Positions 28,963 to 38,099 of a DNA stretch of 64,000 nucleotides are shown piece after piece. A program made the position numbers and the translations under genes. Below the pieces are notes generated by a model. That model was not told the origin of the DNA. It ran no database searches and saw only the letters and a list, made by a program, of their open reading frames with translations. Every line of letters starts with the position of its first letter. Position 1 is the first letter of the stretch. Origin of the DNA: Bacteroidetes bacterium UBA6183 (GTDB lineage: Bacteria > Bacteroidota > Bacteroidia > UKL13-3); NCBI GenBank assembly GCA_002422865.1, contig DITN01000036.1, positions 8,246 to 72,245 on the forward strand. The letters run 5' to 3'.

Positions 28963-29106
28963 ATGACAATCACTTTTATAGTCCGTGAAGAAAATGATAT
29001 TTATTGTACTATCAAAACAAAACAATTAAAAATATTAAAATAAACACACATTTATTGCAAATAAATAACACTTTATTCCCTTAAGTTTGCATTTTATATC
29101 TTAAAG

Positions 29107-29985
29107 ATGAACTTGTTTACTGCTGAAAACTGGAATGATTATGAGCTGCTTGATTGTGGCGACTTGGAAAAGTTGGAACGTTTTGGAAATGTTGTTTTAC
29201 GCAGGCCTGAGCCGCAAGCACTTTGGCAAAAACAATACAGTGAACAAGAATGGAATAAACTTGCTGATGTAAAGTTTATACAGAAAGGCAGTCATGCAGG
29301 AGAATGGAAAAAAAACCGCGTTGTTCCGGATAAATGGCAAATAGGCTACAAACATCAAGATTTGGCTATTAAGTTTAACTTATCGTTAACATCATTTAAG
29401 CACGTAGGAATTTTTCCTGAGCAAGCTTTAAACTGGGATTTTATTTTTAGCACCATTAAAAATCTTAAAGTAGAACAACCACGCGTGCTTAATTTATTTG
29501 CCTACACAGGTGGCGCTTCGTTGGCAGCGAAAGCAGCAGGTGCAGATGTAACACATGTTGATAGCATCAAACAAGTTATCAATTGGAGCCGCGAAAACAT
29601 GGAATCATCAAACTTAAAAGATATACGTTGGGTAGTTGAGGATGCATTAAAATTTGTGAAAAGAGAGGTTAAACGCGGAAAAAAATACAATGGTATCATT
29701 TTAGACCCACCTGCCTATGGAATTGGCGCAAATGGTGAGCGTTGGAAACTGGAAGATTCTATTCACGAAATTTTAGCTGATATATCAAACCTGTTGGATG
29801 AAAAACACTTTTTAGTACTTAACGTATACTCTTTGGGATTAAGCCCATTAATATTGGAAAACTTGATTAAAACCAATTTTAAAAATGTAGAAAATCTAGA
29901 TTTAGGAGAAGTGTATTTAAATGCACAAAGCGGTATCAAATTACCTCTTGGCATTTTGGCCCGATTTAACAATATCAATTCATAA
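29107..29985 (+). CDS. Class I SAM-dependent methyltransferase (RlmI/RlmK-like)
   Basis: HVGIFPEQ, LNLFAYTGGAS, IILDPPAYG; TAAGTTTG box at 29082-29089. Confidence 0.82.
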   Translation: MNLFTAENWNDYELLDCGDLEKLERFGNVVLRRPEPQALWQKQYSEQEWNKLADVKFIQKGSHAGEWKKNRVVPDKWQIGYKHQDLAIKFNLSLTSFKHVGIFPEQALNWDFIFSTIKNLKVEQPRVLNLFAYTGGASLAAKAAGADVTHVDSIKQVINWSRENMESSNLKDIRWVVEDALKFVKREVKRGKKYNGIILDPPAYGIGANGERWKLEDSIHEILADISNLLDEKHFLVLNVYSLGLSPLILENLIKTNFKNVENLDLGEVYLNAQSGIKLPLGILARFNNINS

Positions 29986-30011
29986 AAAAATCCTGCTCAC
30001 GCAGGATTTTA
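29984..30011. terminator. Bidirectional intrinsic terminator
   Basis: AAAAAAATCCTGC-TCAC-GCAGGATTTT. Confidence 0.85.
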
Positions 30012-30016
30012 GTTTA

Positions 30017-30754
30017 TTACATTTTGTATTTCTTTTTAATTTGAAAGAAGAAGTTTCGGCTTATTTCAAAAGGCTTGTCGATACCTTTTAAATATAACCT
30101 TCCGGTATCATTTGCCCACTTCTCTATTTTCGTAACATTGTGCAAATTTACAATGGTTGAGCGATGAATTTGTATAAACAAATCTTCAGGCAATTTAGTA
30201 TCCCAATTTTTAATGGAGTTATAGGTTACACTAAGTTTTCCATCAACCAAGTTAACTTTGGTGTAGTTTCCATAAGCCTCAATATAGTTGATGTCCTTTA
30301 TGCGCACAAAACTCATCTTGTTGTCAAAACTTAAAAGTATGATATGATCAGCAGTGAACTTAGCATTATAATCATCCTCAAAAGTAGTATCTTCCCACTT
30401 ATTGGTTACTTTCTCTATGGCTTTGGTTAACCGCTCTAAGCTAATTGGTTTAAGAAGATAATCAACAGCATTTAACTCAAAAGCTTTTATGGCGAAATCG
30501 GTATGAGATGTAATGAAAATAACCATCGGTTGATATCCAATGGTTTTTAGCAAATCTAAAGAGGTTAACCCATTTAAATCAACATCTAAAAACAAAAGAT
30601 CGGGACGCTCTTCACTAATAATGTTTCTTGCTTCCTCAAAATCTGCTGCTTCACCAATTATTTGTATTTTGTCAAAAGTGCCCAATAGTTTCTTTAGGAC
30701 AATACGCATACTGTCTACATCATCAACTATCACTGCTTTTATTATGTCTTTCAT
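30017..30754 (-). CDS. LytTR-family response regulator (copy 2)
   Basis: Receiver VDD..FLDVD..ITS..LKP; FIQIHRSTIVNL..ISR. Confidence 0.92.
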   Translation of the reverse strand: MKDIIKAVIVDDVDSMRIVLKKLLGTFDKIQIIGEAADFEEARNIISEERPDLLFLDVDLNGLTSLDLLKTIGYQPMVIFITSHTDFAIKAFELNAVDYLLKPISLERLTKAIEKVTNKWEDTTFEDDYNAKFTADHIILLSFDNKMSFVRIKDINYIEAYGNYTKVNLVDGKLSVTYNSIKNWDTKLPEDLFIQIHRSTIVNLHNVTKIEKWANDTGRLYLKGIDKPFEISRNFFFQIKKKYKM

Positions 30755-30870
30755 TTAACGTGTTTATTGTTTATGGGGTGGATAAACATCTGTTATTATT
30801 TTTAAGAATTGCTTGCCTTTTTGGGTTAATCGTTATTCTTAATGAGCGCAATATATAATTATTTACAAAC

Positions 30871-30910
30871 AAAAAAACCTGCATGTTTTAACATACAGGT
30901 TTATTTTTTT
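30871..30910 (-). terminator. Intrinsic terminator after lysS
   Basis: AACCTG..ATGTT / AACAT..CAGGTT imperfect stem with A/T runs. Confidence 0.7.
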
Positions 30911-30965
30911 ACCTTACTGAATATTTAATTGAGCAGTTGAATAACCAATTTAAAAGGCAGTTATG

Positions 30966-32504
30966 CTATTCTACCTCATTATTCGTCTCATTTTTTTCGG
31001 GTCTCATTTGAGGGAAGAATAACACATCCTGAATAGACGGATTATTGGTCATAATCATTACCAATCTGTCGATACCTATTCCAATACCAGCCGTTGGAGG
31101 CATACCATATTCCAATGCACGTAGAAAGTCATGATCAATAAACATGGCTTCATCATCTCCCCTTTCCATCAATGCCACTTGCTCTTCAAAGCGTTCACGT
31201 TGGTCGATAGGGTCATTTAATTCTGAGTATGCATTGGCCAACTCTTTACCATTTACCATCAACTCAAAACGCTCTACTAAACCTGGTTGACTTCTATGTT
31301 TTTTAGTAAGCGGACTCATTTCAACGGGGTAATCTGTTATAAACGTTGGTTGAATGTAATTACCTTCACATTTTGCACCGAAGATTTCGTCAATTAATTT
31401 TCCTTTACCAACATTCGGGTCAACTTCTATTTGCAACTGTTTACAAACATCACGCAATTGAGCCTCGCCCATGCCACTAATGTCAATTCCGGTAAATTCC
31501 TTGACAGAGTCGAACATAGTTACACGCCTGAATGGACGTTTAAAATCAATTACTTTGCCGCCAACTTGAACATCGGTTTTACCGTGAAGTTTTAATGCGA
31601 TTTTTTCGATTAACTCTTCCGTTAAATCCATCATCCAGTTATAGTCTTTGTAGGCCACATACAATTCCATCACAGTAAACTCCGGGTTATGCGTTCTATC
31701 CATTCCTTCGTTACGGAAATTACGTGAGAACTCATACACACCATCAAATCCACCTACTATTAATCGTTTTAAATACAACTCGTTTGCAATACGTAAATAC
31801 ATTGGAATATCTAATGTATTATGATGTGTTACAAATGGGCGAGCAGCTGCACCACCTGGTATGGCTTGAAGTACGGGTGTGTCCACCTCTAAGTATCCTT
31901 TTTCATTATAAAAATCGCGGATGGTATTCACCAATTGGGTACGTTTAACAAAAGTGTCTTTTACTAAAGGATTGATAATTAAATCAACATAGCGTTGGCG
32001 ATAACGAAACTCAGGATCAGTAACGGCATCAAATACTTCACCATCTTTTTCTTTAACAATTGGCAATGGTTTTAGTGCTTTGGCCAATAACTTAAATTCT
32101 TGCGCATGGATGGTAGTTTCACCGGTTTTAGTAGTAAATACATAGCCTTTGATACCAATAATATCGCCTATATCAACCAGCTTTTTAAATACAACCGCGT
32201 AAAGCGATTTGTCCTCACCCGGGCAAATATCATCACCCCTTAAGTAAACTTGGATTTTAGTTGATGCATCTTGTATCACTAAAAAGCAGGCCTTGCCCAT
32301 ATCTCTCACGCTCATTAAACGACCGGCAATACTTATATTCTTATACTCAATCTTCTGGTTTTCGTAATTTTCTAATATTTCTTTTGCCGAAACATTCACT
32401 TCAAAAAGTTCTGCCGGATAGGGATTAATGCCCATTTTTTCTAACTCGGCCAATTTGTTTCTACGTAAAATCTCTTGTTCGCTTAAATGCTGTGTATGAC
32501 TCAT
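30966..32504 (-). CDS. lysS: Lysine--tRNA ligase (class II)
   Basis: [51 protein letters not shown]; ATG 32504 follows a TATTTTTG box at 32535-32542. Confidence 0.97.
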   Translation of the reverse strand: MSHTQHLSEQEILRRNKLAELEKMGINPYPAELFEVNVSAKEILENYENQKIEYKNISIAGRLMSVRDMGKACFLVIQDASTKIQVYLRGDDICPGEDKSLYAVVFKKLVDIGDIIGIKGYVFTTKTGETTIHAQEFKLLAKALKPLPIVKEKDGEVFDAVTDPEFRYRQRYVDLIINPLVKDTFVKRTQLVNTIRDFYNEKGYLEVDTPVLQAIPGGAAARPFVTHHNTLDIPMYLRIANELYLKRLIVGGFDGVYEFSRNFRNEGMDRTHNPEFTVMELYVAYKDYNWMMDLTEELIEKIALKLHGKTDVQVGGKVIDFKRPFRRVTMFDSVKEFTGIDISGMGEAQLRDVCKQLQIEVDPNVGKGKLIDEIFGAKCEGNYIQPTFITDYPVEMSPLTKKHRSQPGLVERFELMVNGKELANAYSELNDPIDQRERFEEQVALMERGDDEAMFIDHDFLRALEYGMPPTAGIGIGIDRLVMIMTNNPSIQDVLFFPQMRPEKNETNNEVE

Positions 32505-32608
32505 ATGATATGGAGTAATATTTTTAATGAGGCGCAAAAATAATAAAAGCAACGGCATTAATGCATCCGAAACTTAATAATCTTAATTTATGGTTTATCT
32601 TTGCGCGA

Positions 32609-33679
32609 ATGATGCAAGCACCTCAAAGTAAAACAGATATACGCTCACTTAGTTTAGCCGAATTAAAAGACACCTTTACACAAATGGGTGAAAAGGCTTT
32701 TAGAGGAGGACAAGTGTATGAGTGGTTATGGAAAAAAAGTGCCCATAGCTTTGATGACATGAGCAACTTGAGCAAAGAGTTACGCGAGAAACTAAAGGAA
32801 CATTTTGTAATACATGCCATAACCGTAGTTGATAAACAGGTAAGCAACGACCGAACCATTAAAAGTAGTTTTCGTTTACATGACGGGCACTTAATTGAAG
32901 GTGTATTAATTCCTACTGAAGACAGAATGACCGCTTGTGTATCGAGCCAAGTTGGATGCAGTTTAACTTGTAAGTTTTGTGCTACGGGCAAAATGGAAAG
33001 AATACGTAACCTAACTCCTGCAGAAATATACGACCAAGTTGTGCATATCCGTGATTGGGCTCAAAAACACTATGGTATAACTTTAACCAATATTGTTTTT
33101 ATGGGAATGGGCGAGCCCTTGTTGAATTATAACAATGTGCTTGGTGCTATAGAAAAAATTACTGGAGAAGATGGGCTAAATATGGCCAGCGACCGTATTA
33201 CGGTGAGTACAGCAGGTATTGCTAAAATGATTAAAAAATTAGCTGATGACAAAGTGAAATTTAATTTGGCCCTCTCTTTACATGCAGCTAACGATGCCAA
33301 AAGAAACGTAATTATGCCCATTAACGAAAGCAATAGCTTGGAGAGTGTAATTGATGCTTTGGCATATTTTAAGGCAAACGCGAGAGGGAAACTTACCTTT
33401 GAGTATATTGCGTTTAAAGATTTTAATGAAAGCATTCAGGATGCCAAAGAGTTAATTGCGATTTGTAAAAAAGTGCCAGCAAAAGTAAACATCATTGAGT
33501 ACAACCCAATTGGTGATGGTGCATTTAGCAAAGCCGATTCAACAAAAATTGACCAATTTCAACGTTATTTGGAGAGAAACGGAGTGATTGCAACAGTAAG
33601 AAGAAGTAGAGGAAAAGATATTGATGCAGCATGCGGGCAATTGGCCAATAAAAAGCACGAAAAGGCATTAATGGATTAA
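32609..33679 (+). CDS. rlmN: 23S rRNA/tRNA A2503/A37 C2-methyltransferase (radical SAM)
   Basis: CVSSQVGCSLTCKFC, VFMGMGEP, DIDAACGQL; ATG 32609/32612 follows TATCTTTG at 32596-32603. Confidence 0.95.
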   Translation: MMQAPQSKTDIRSLSLAELKDTFTQMGEKAFRGGQVYEWLWKKSAHSFDDMSNLSKELREKLKEHFVIHAITVVDKQVSNDRTIKSSFRLHDGHLIEGVLIPTEDRMTACVSSQVGCSLTCKFCATGKMERIRNLTPAEIYDQVVHIRDWAQKHYGITLTNIVFMGMGEPLLNYNNVLGAIEKITGEDGLNMASDRITVSTAGIAKMIKKLADDKVKFNLALSLHAANDAKRNVIMPINESNSLESVIDALAYFKANARGKLTFEYIAFKDFNESIQDAKELIAICKKVPAKVNIIEYNPIGDGAFSKADSTKIDQFQRYLERNGVIATVRRSRGKDIDAACGQLANKKHEKALMD

Positions 33680-33757
33680 TTAAATTTACTGATTATTCTC
33701 AATTTAACAATTTCTAAACATTAGAAGACTATTTTTGATTTAATAAATTTCATCACC

Positions 33758-34588
33758 ATGATAAACTCTATTCTACTCCCAACCGATTTTTCAGATGTTG
33801 CAAACAACGCACTAGGATACGCTGTTAAATTGGCCGAAAAATGTGGCGCTGAATTACACATTCTTCATATCAAACAAATTCCGATAGCCGACCCCTCTTT
33901 TCCGGCAGAAACTTATCAAATTTATATTGACGAAATTGAAAAGGTAGAACAAGAGGGCGTGAACAAATTGAAGGCGAGTTTTATAAAAAATAGTGATGTG
34001 GTTTGTCAATTTCATTCAGCCACCGGATTTGTAGCAGATGAAATTATGACTTTCTGCAAATCACATACTGTTGATTTAGTAGTGATGGGAACCACAGGCG
34101 CAAGTGGATTAGCGGAGTTATTGGTTGGAAGCAATGCAGCCTCTGTTATTGGTAAATCAGAAGTACCTGTGCTAGTAATTCCTCCAAACCATACATATAA
34201 AGCAATAAAACACGTTATGTACTCAACAGATTTTAATGAACCAGAGTTACCCGCTGCAACACGTGTATTGTATTTTGCTGAATTGTATGATGCTAAAATT
34301 ACCGTATTACATGTAAAGAATGATTACGACAGGTACTTTAATTCTGACAACAACTACTTTCTTAAAAATAAAGATAGCCTGGCCAAACACGATATTACTT
34401 TAATTAATGAAGAGAGTGATGATGTAATGAGTACTATTGATAAACATATTGATGATTTAAATATTGATTTATTAGTAATGGCCAAACACAAAAGAGGATT
34501 TTTTGATAGATTATTTCATAGAAGTTTGAGCAAAAAAATGGCTTATCATACTAAAACACCTTTATTGGTTTTAAATAAAGGCTTGTAG
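33758..34588 (+). CDS. Universal stress protein (tandem Usp domains)
   Basis: ILLPTDFS; DLVVMGTTGASG..GSNAASVI...PVLVIP. Confidence 0.9.
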   Translation: MINSILLPTDFSDVANNALGYAVKLAEKCGAELHILHIKQIPIADPSFPAETYQIYIDEIEKVEQEGVNKLKASFIKNSDVVCQFHSATGFVADEIMTFCKSHTVDLVVMGTTGASGLAELLVGSNAASVIGKSEVPVLVIPPNHTYKAIKHVMYSTDFNEPELPAATRVLYFAELYDAKITVLHVKNDYDRYFNSDNNYFLKNKDSLAKHDITLINEESDDVMSTIDKHIDDLNIDLLVMAKHKRGFFDRLFHRSLSKKMAYHTKTPLLVLNKGL

Positions 34589-34608
34589 GCTTATCATATT
34601 TTTTTTTT

Positions 34609-34648
34609 AAAAAAGCTGCTCAAATTAAATGCTTTGAGTAGCTTTTTT
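34609..34648. terminator. Bidirectional intrinsic terminator
   Basis: AAAAAAGCTGCTCAAA..TTTGAGTAGCTTTTTT. Confidence 0.8.
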
Positions 34649-34658
34649 CTTTAAGAAC

Positions 34659-35108
34659 TTATTCCAAAAGTATCTTTTCACAAACCAACTTATCAATAGG
34701 AAATGTGAGCATATCCGGGGTTAGCTTTTTTATATCAACCCACTCAAACCTCAAATATTCAGTGCGATTACCTTCATTTATTTTTTGATCATCTAACTTC
34801 ACATTTCTCCAGTCATTGCTTGTATAAACTTTGTAATAAATGGAGATGATTTGATCGTTAGGTTTAAACGCACTCGTTTGAAAAAAATCGGTAGTATAAA
34901 AATGGGTTAACCCTTGTATATCTAGGCCTGTTTCTTCTCTAAACTCTCTGATTATACAATCGGAAATACCTTCTCCAAATTCTAATCCTCCACCCGGAAA
35001 TTTAGTGAATTTAAAATCATTGATTTGTTCATGAACAACCAAAATCTGGTTTATTTCATTTATCAATAGTCCGTAAACTCTTATATTAAAACGGGTAATA
35101 CCAAACAC
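34659..35108 (-). CDS. NUDIX hydrolase
   Basis: Nudix box GGGLEFGEGISDCIIREFREETGL; GTG start overlaps the upstream TAG. Confidence 0.9.
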   Translation of the reverse strand: MFGITRFNIRVYGLLINEINQILVVHEQINDFKFTKFPGGGLEFGEGISDCIIREFREETGLDIQGLTHFYTTDFFQTSAFKPNDQIISIYYKVYTSNDWRNVKLDDQKINEGNRTEYLRFEWVDIKKLTPDMLTFPIDKLVCEKILLE

Positions 35109-35899
35109 TAGTCTTTAAATTTGTTTAAGTCAATTACCAATCCGGCATGTAGCATTATCCCATAAGGGGTCACTTTGATTGGATCGTTTGTAACACTCAT
35201 TGGATGAATGGTGTACATTGGCTGGAGCAAAATGGTAGTTTCTTTATCCAATTTATGAATCACTTTGAAACCTAAATTTACCTGGAAACTAAATGAACGG
35301 GCATCATATCCGGTATTATTAACCTGAAACTTATCCTTATTATCTATGGTAAAATTATCCAATCGAGCAGTAAGCTGATGTTTAAGTAAAACATTCGCTG
35401 CAACTCCTCCGGTAAGTTGATACATGGTTTTATAGTCCTTACTTTTAAATAACTCATAATTGAACCACACTGGAATATCCAAGTAGTGGAATCTATAATC
35501 GTAATTTAAATTTTTTTCTACGTTTGATTTATCCCAAATGCGTCCCTCTCCAACCTCCTTATGAATATAATCTCCATCTTGCAATTTATTTTGTGCTCTC
35601 CTGAAACCCATATCAATATAGCCTAGTCCGGCCTGCATGGTCCAATTAAAACCTAGTGCTTTATTGTACCATGCATGGGCACTAAAGTTTAAACGCATTA
35701 TTTGATTCTTTTGGGCTTGATCATTAAATTGTTCGTAGGTCAAATTCTGACGGTCATCATAAATTACCTTAGAACTGGAAGTAGTTGTTGCACCGGTGAA
35801 TCCACCTCCAACAGTTACACTGTAGTAGGATTCATCCATACTTTGGCCAAATGAAAGACAAGAAAAGGAGATTAGGGCACCAAGTAAAAATTTACGCAT
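35108..35899 (-). CDS. Outer-membrane beta-barrel protein
   Basis: Signal peptide, alternating beta-strand pattern, 'FHYLDIPVWF' typical of Bacteroidota small barrels. Confidence 0.7.
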   Translation of the reverse strand: MRKFLLGALISFSCLSFGQSMDESYYSVTVGGGFTGATTTSSSKVIYDDRQNLTYEQFNDQAQKNQIMRLNFSAHAWYNKALGFNWTMQAGLGYIDMGFRRAQNKLQDGDYIHKEVGEGRIWDKSNVEKNLNYDYRFHYLDIPVWFNYELFKSKDYKTMYQLTGGVAANVLLKHQLTARLDNFTIDNKDKFQVNNTGYDARSFSFQVNLGFKVIHKLDKETTILLQPMYTIHPMSVTNDPIKVTPYGIMLHAGLVIDLNKFKD

Positions 35900-35948
35900 A
35901 TTTATTTATTTGGTAGCGAAAATAACAATTTAGGTTAGTCTGTAGAAT

Positions 35949-37034
35949 TTAATTTTGACGGTTTATACTTAATCTCAAAGAAATGATGTTTGAAAAAGGT
36001 AATGTACCGGATCCTTCACCAACGTCAGCAAGTGCATAGTCAACACTTAAATTACTTAATTTAATACCAATACCAATGGTTGGAACCACCGAGTAACTCT
36101 CGGTTCCATCAATATTTTTTCGGGTCTGAAATTGACTAACACCACCTCTCAAGAAAACGAAATCTTTATATCCGGCTTCAACACCTATTTTTGTATCAAT
36201 ACTGGTAAAATCAGAGCCAATTAGTGTGTTTCTTTTGCCATCAAAAGTCAACTCAGCAGTTAGTTCGGGTTGAACAGAAAACATATTTTTATATACATTA
36301 AACTTTCTTGATACCCCTAATCCTAATTTTGGAACAGTAAGCTCCAAATTATTAGATGGCAATTGGTTGTTTGTAGCCACAAAAACCTGTTTTTCTTGCT
36401 CGCTAAAAGTGTATTGCCAGGCATTAAAGGTTGATGTTGCATCGCGCAATACAGCGCCCATATTCCATTTTTTATACTTATATTTTATGCCTAAATCAAA
36501 ACCAAATCCCCAAGCATTGGCAAAATCTCCTACCACCCTTCTTACTACTTTAACACTGCCTCCAGCAGTTAAACCTTCAATAGGAAGTATCCTTGCATAC
36601 GAACCTATAAATGCATAATCAACTGCTGAAAAATTTACAATGCGTGAATAGTCGGCAACACCATTTTGAAACAAATTTAATGTATTGGGAATATCATCAA
36701 TACCATATCTGATGATACTAAAAGCCATTACGCTTTTATCATTAAGCTTAAATGAACCCGCGCCATAATCATGTTTGGCTATTCCGGCAAACTGTTCGTT
36801 GTGCATAAAGCTTAACTGAATGTTATCCTTTATTTCCACCAACCCGGCTGGATTCCAATATCCAGCGGTAACATCATTAACCGAAGAAACAACTGCGCCT
36901 CCCATACCATAGGCTCTGGCACCAACGCCAAGCGACAAAAATTCGTTGCTGTATTTATACACCTGCGCTTTAAGGGAAGATGTTATGCCAATAAATAATA
37001 CAAATGCTGTAACTACTTTACACAGCTTTATCAT
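35949..37034 (-). CDS. PorV/PorQ-family (FadL-like barrel) T9SS-associated protein
   Basis: EFLSLGVGARAYGMGGAV...YWNPAGL. Confidence 0.82.
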   Translation of the reverse strand: MIKLCKVVTAFVLFIGITSSLKAQVYKYSNEFLSLGVGARAYGMGGAVVSSVNDVTAGYWNPAGLVEIKDNIQLSFMHNEQFAGIAKHDYGAGSFKLNDKSVMAFSIIRYGIDDIPNTLNLFQNGVADYSRIVNFSAVDYAFIGSYARILPIEGLTAGGSVKVVRRVVGDFANAWGFGFDLGIKYKYKKWNMGAVLRDATSTFNAWQYTFSEQEKQVFVATNNQLPSNNLELTVPKLGLGVSRKFNVYKNMFSVQPELTAELTFDGKRNTLIGSDFTSIDTKIGVEAGYKDFVFLRGGVSQFQTRKNIDGTESYSVVPTIGIGIKLSNLSVDYALADVGEGSGTLPFSNIISLRLSINRQN

Positions 37035-37690
37035 TTTATACTTTGTTTTAGTTGTTTAATTAAACCGTCAGTATCTGCTGCAAGTTTTTCCTCCAACAGT
37101 AAAATTGCTTCTTGCAAAACCTGTTGATTGAAATCACTAATAGCCGATACCCCAGCTCTAATCATAATTCTGTTTAACGAATACACAAATTTATTATTAT
37201 CTGTATAATAGTATATGTATTGAACTTTACGAAAATGGTTAAAAAACTTGAAAAAAGTGTCAGTATCTGTCATTCCATAAAGTTTTAGATATATTTCTAA
37301 ATCGCCATCATTGATTGATGTAAGTGAATGATAAAACTTATCCAACATTTCCGGGTGGGTTTTAACCAATATCCTATCCAACATCAACTCTGCTGTGATG
37401 TGTGCCAAAAACCATTTTCTATTTAAATCAGGGCTGAACTTAGATTCGTTAATTATTTGGGTGGCCTCTTGAAGAATATTATTGAAGAAGGATGAAGCAT
37501 GGAATTTTTTGTCTGCTGAATAATGCGCAGAACATCCTTCAAAAAATTGCTGACTTTTACTTGAGGTAAATACTAATTGGTGTCTAAAAGATTTAACCTT
37601 GCCTCTAGTTATATCAGGCAACAATAAACCTGCATTATACTCATGTTGGCTTTCTATACCATCTACAAAAAAATGCGAAAAGTAATTCAA
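37031..37690 (-). CDS. Divergent AcpH (ACP phosphodiesterase)-like HD protein
   Basis: MNYFSH..GLLLPD..G..AHYSAD..FH resembles the AcpH pattern MNFLAH..G..AD..G..LH..ID. Confidence 0.55.
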   Translation of the reverse strand: MNYFSHFFVDGIESQHEYNAGLLLPDITRGKVKSFRHQLVFTSSKSQQFFEGCSAHYSADKKFHASSFFNNILQEATQIINESKFSPDLNRKWFLAHITAELMLDRILVKTHPEMLDKFYHSLTSINDGDLEIYLKLYGMTDTDTFFKFFNHFRKVQYIYYYTDNNKFVYSLNRIMIRAGVSAISDFNQQVLQEAILLLEEKLAADTDGLIKQLKQSIK

Positions 37691-37692
37691 AT

Positions 37693-37845
37693 TTAATTGC
37701 GCTTTCTTACCAAACCGTTCTTTTTATATTCAACACGCTTACCTCCATTTGCACCATCAAAAGTTGGACACTTTTTTGCTTTACATGCAAAAAAAGGTAA
37801 CAAAATAACTATACATAAAAGTATAACAAAATGTTTGATACGCAT
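37693..37845 (-). CDS. Small (50 aa) basic lipoprotein
   Basis: MRIK + hydrophobic core + FFAC-KAKKCP; ATG 37845 preferred over 37893, which lies inside a terminator. Confidence 0.55.
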   Translation of the reverse strand: MRIKHFVILLCIVILLPFFACKAKKCPTFDGANGGKRVEYKKNGLVRKRN

Positions 37846-37877
37846 ATCAAAAAAATTAAGACACATGCAATATAAAT

Positions 37878-37912
37878 AAAAAATCCCGTGCACAAAGCAA
37901 CGGGATTTTTTT
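37878..37912 (-). terminator. Intrinsic terminator after the histone-like gene
   Basis: AAAAAATCCCGT..ACGGGATTTTTTT, 20 nt past the TAG at 37933. Confidence 0.85.
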
Positions 37913-37932
37913 GAAAAGAGTTTTTCCTAAGA

Positions 37933-38052
37933 CTATTTTTTAGGAGCAGCTTTCTTAGCAGCAGCTTTCTTAGGAGCAGCTTTCTTAGCAGCAGCCTTTT
38001 TAGGAGCAGCAGTTTTTGCTGGTGCTGCTTTTTTAGTTTTTTTAGTTGCCAT
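37933..38052 (-). CDS. 39-aa Lys/Ala/Pro histone-H1-like protein (absent from ORF track)
   Basis: Manual translation MATKKTKKAAPAKTAAPKKAAAKKAAPKKAAAKKAAPKK*; own -7 box and terminator. Confidence 0.85.
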   Translation of the reverse strand: MATKKTKKAAPAKTAAPKKAAAKKAAPKKAAAKKAAPKK

Positions 38053-38085
38053 GTTTTAAAATATTTATTTGATTGATTACATGAA

Positions 38086-38093
38086 CAAATTTA
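38086..38093 (-). promoter_or_regulatory. -7 box (TAAATTTG) for the histone-like gene
   Basis: Exact TAnnTTTG 33 nt upstream of ATG 38052. Confidence 0.65.
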
Positions 38094-38099
38094 TACGAG

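Noticed and set aside
30933-30964. GCAGTT direct repeat near LytTR copy 2 as a LytTR box
   Set aside because: 24-nt period rather than about 21-22, short match, and it lies on the far side of the lysS terminator
37936-38030. Short tandem DNA repeat that could pass for a mini-CRISPR or microsatellite
   Set aside because: No unique spacers and no cas genes; the repeats are in-frame codons of the Lys/Ala peptide
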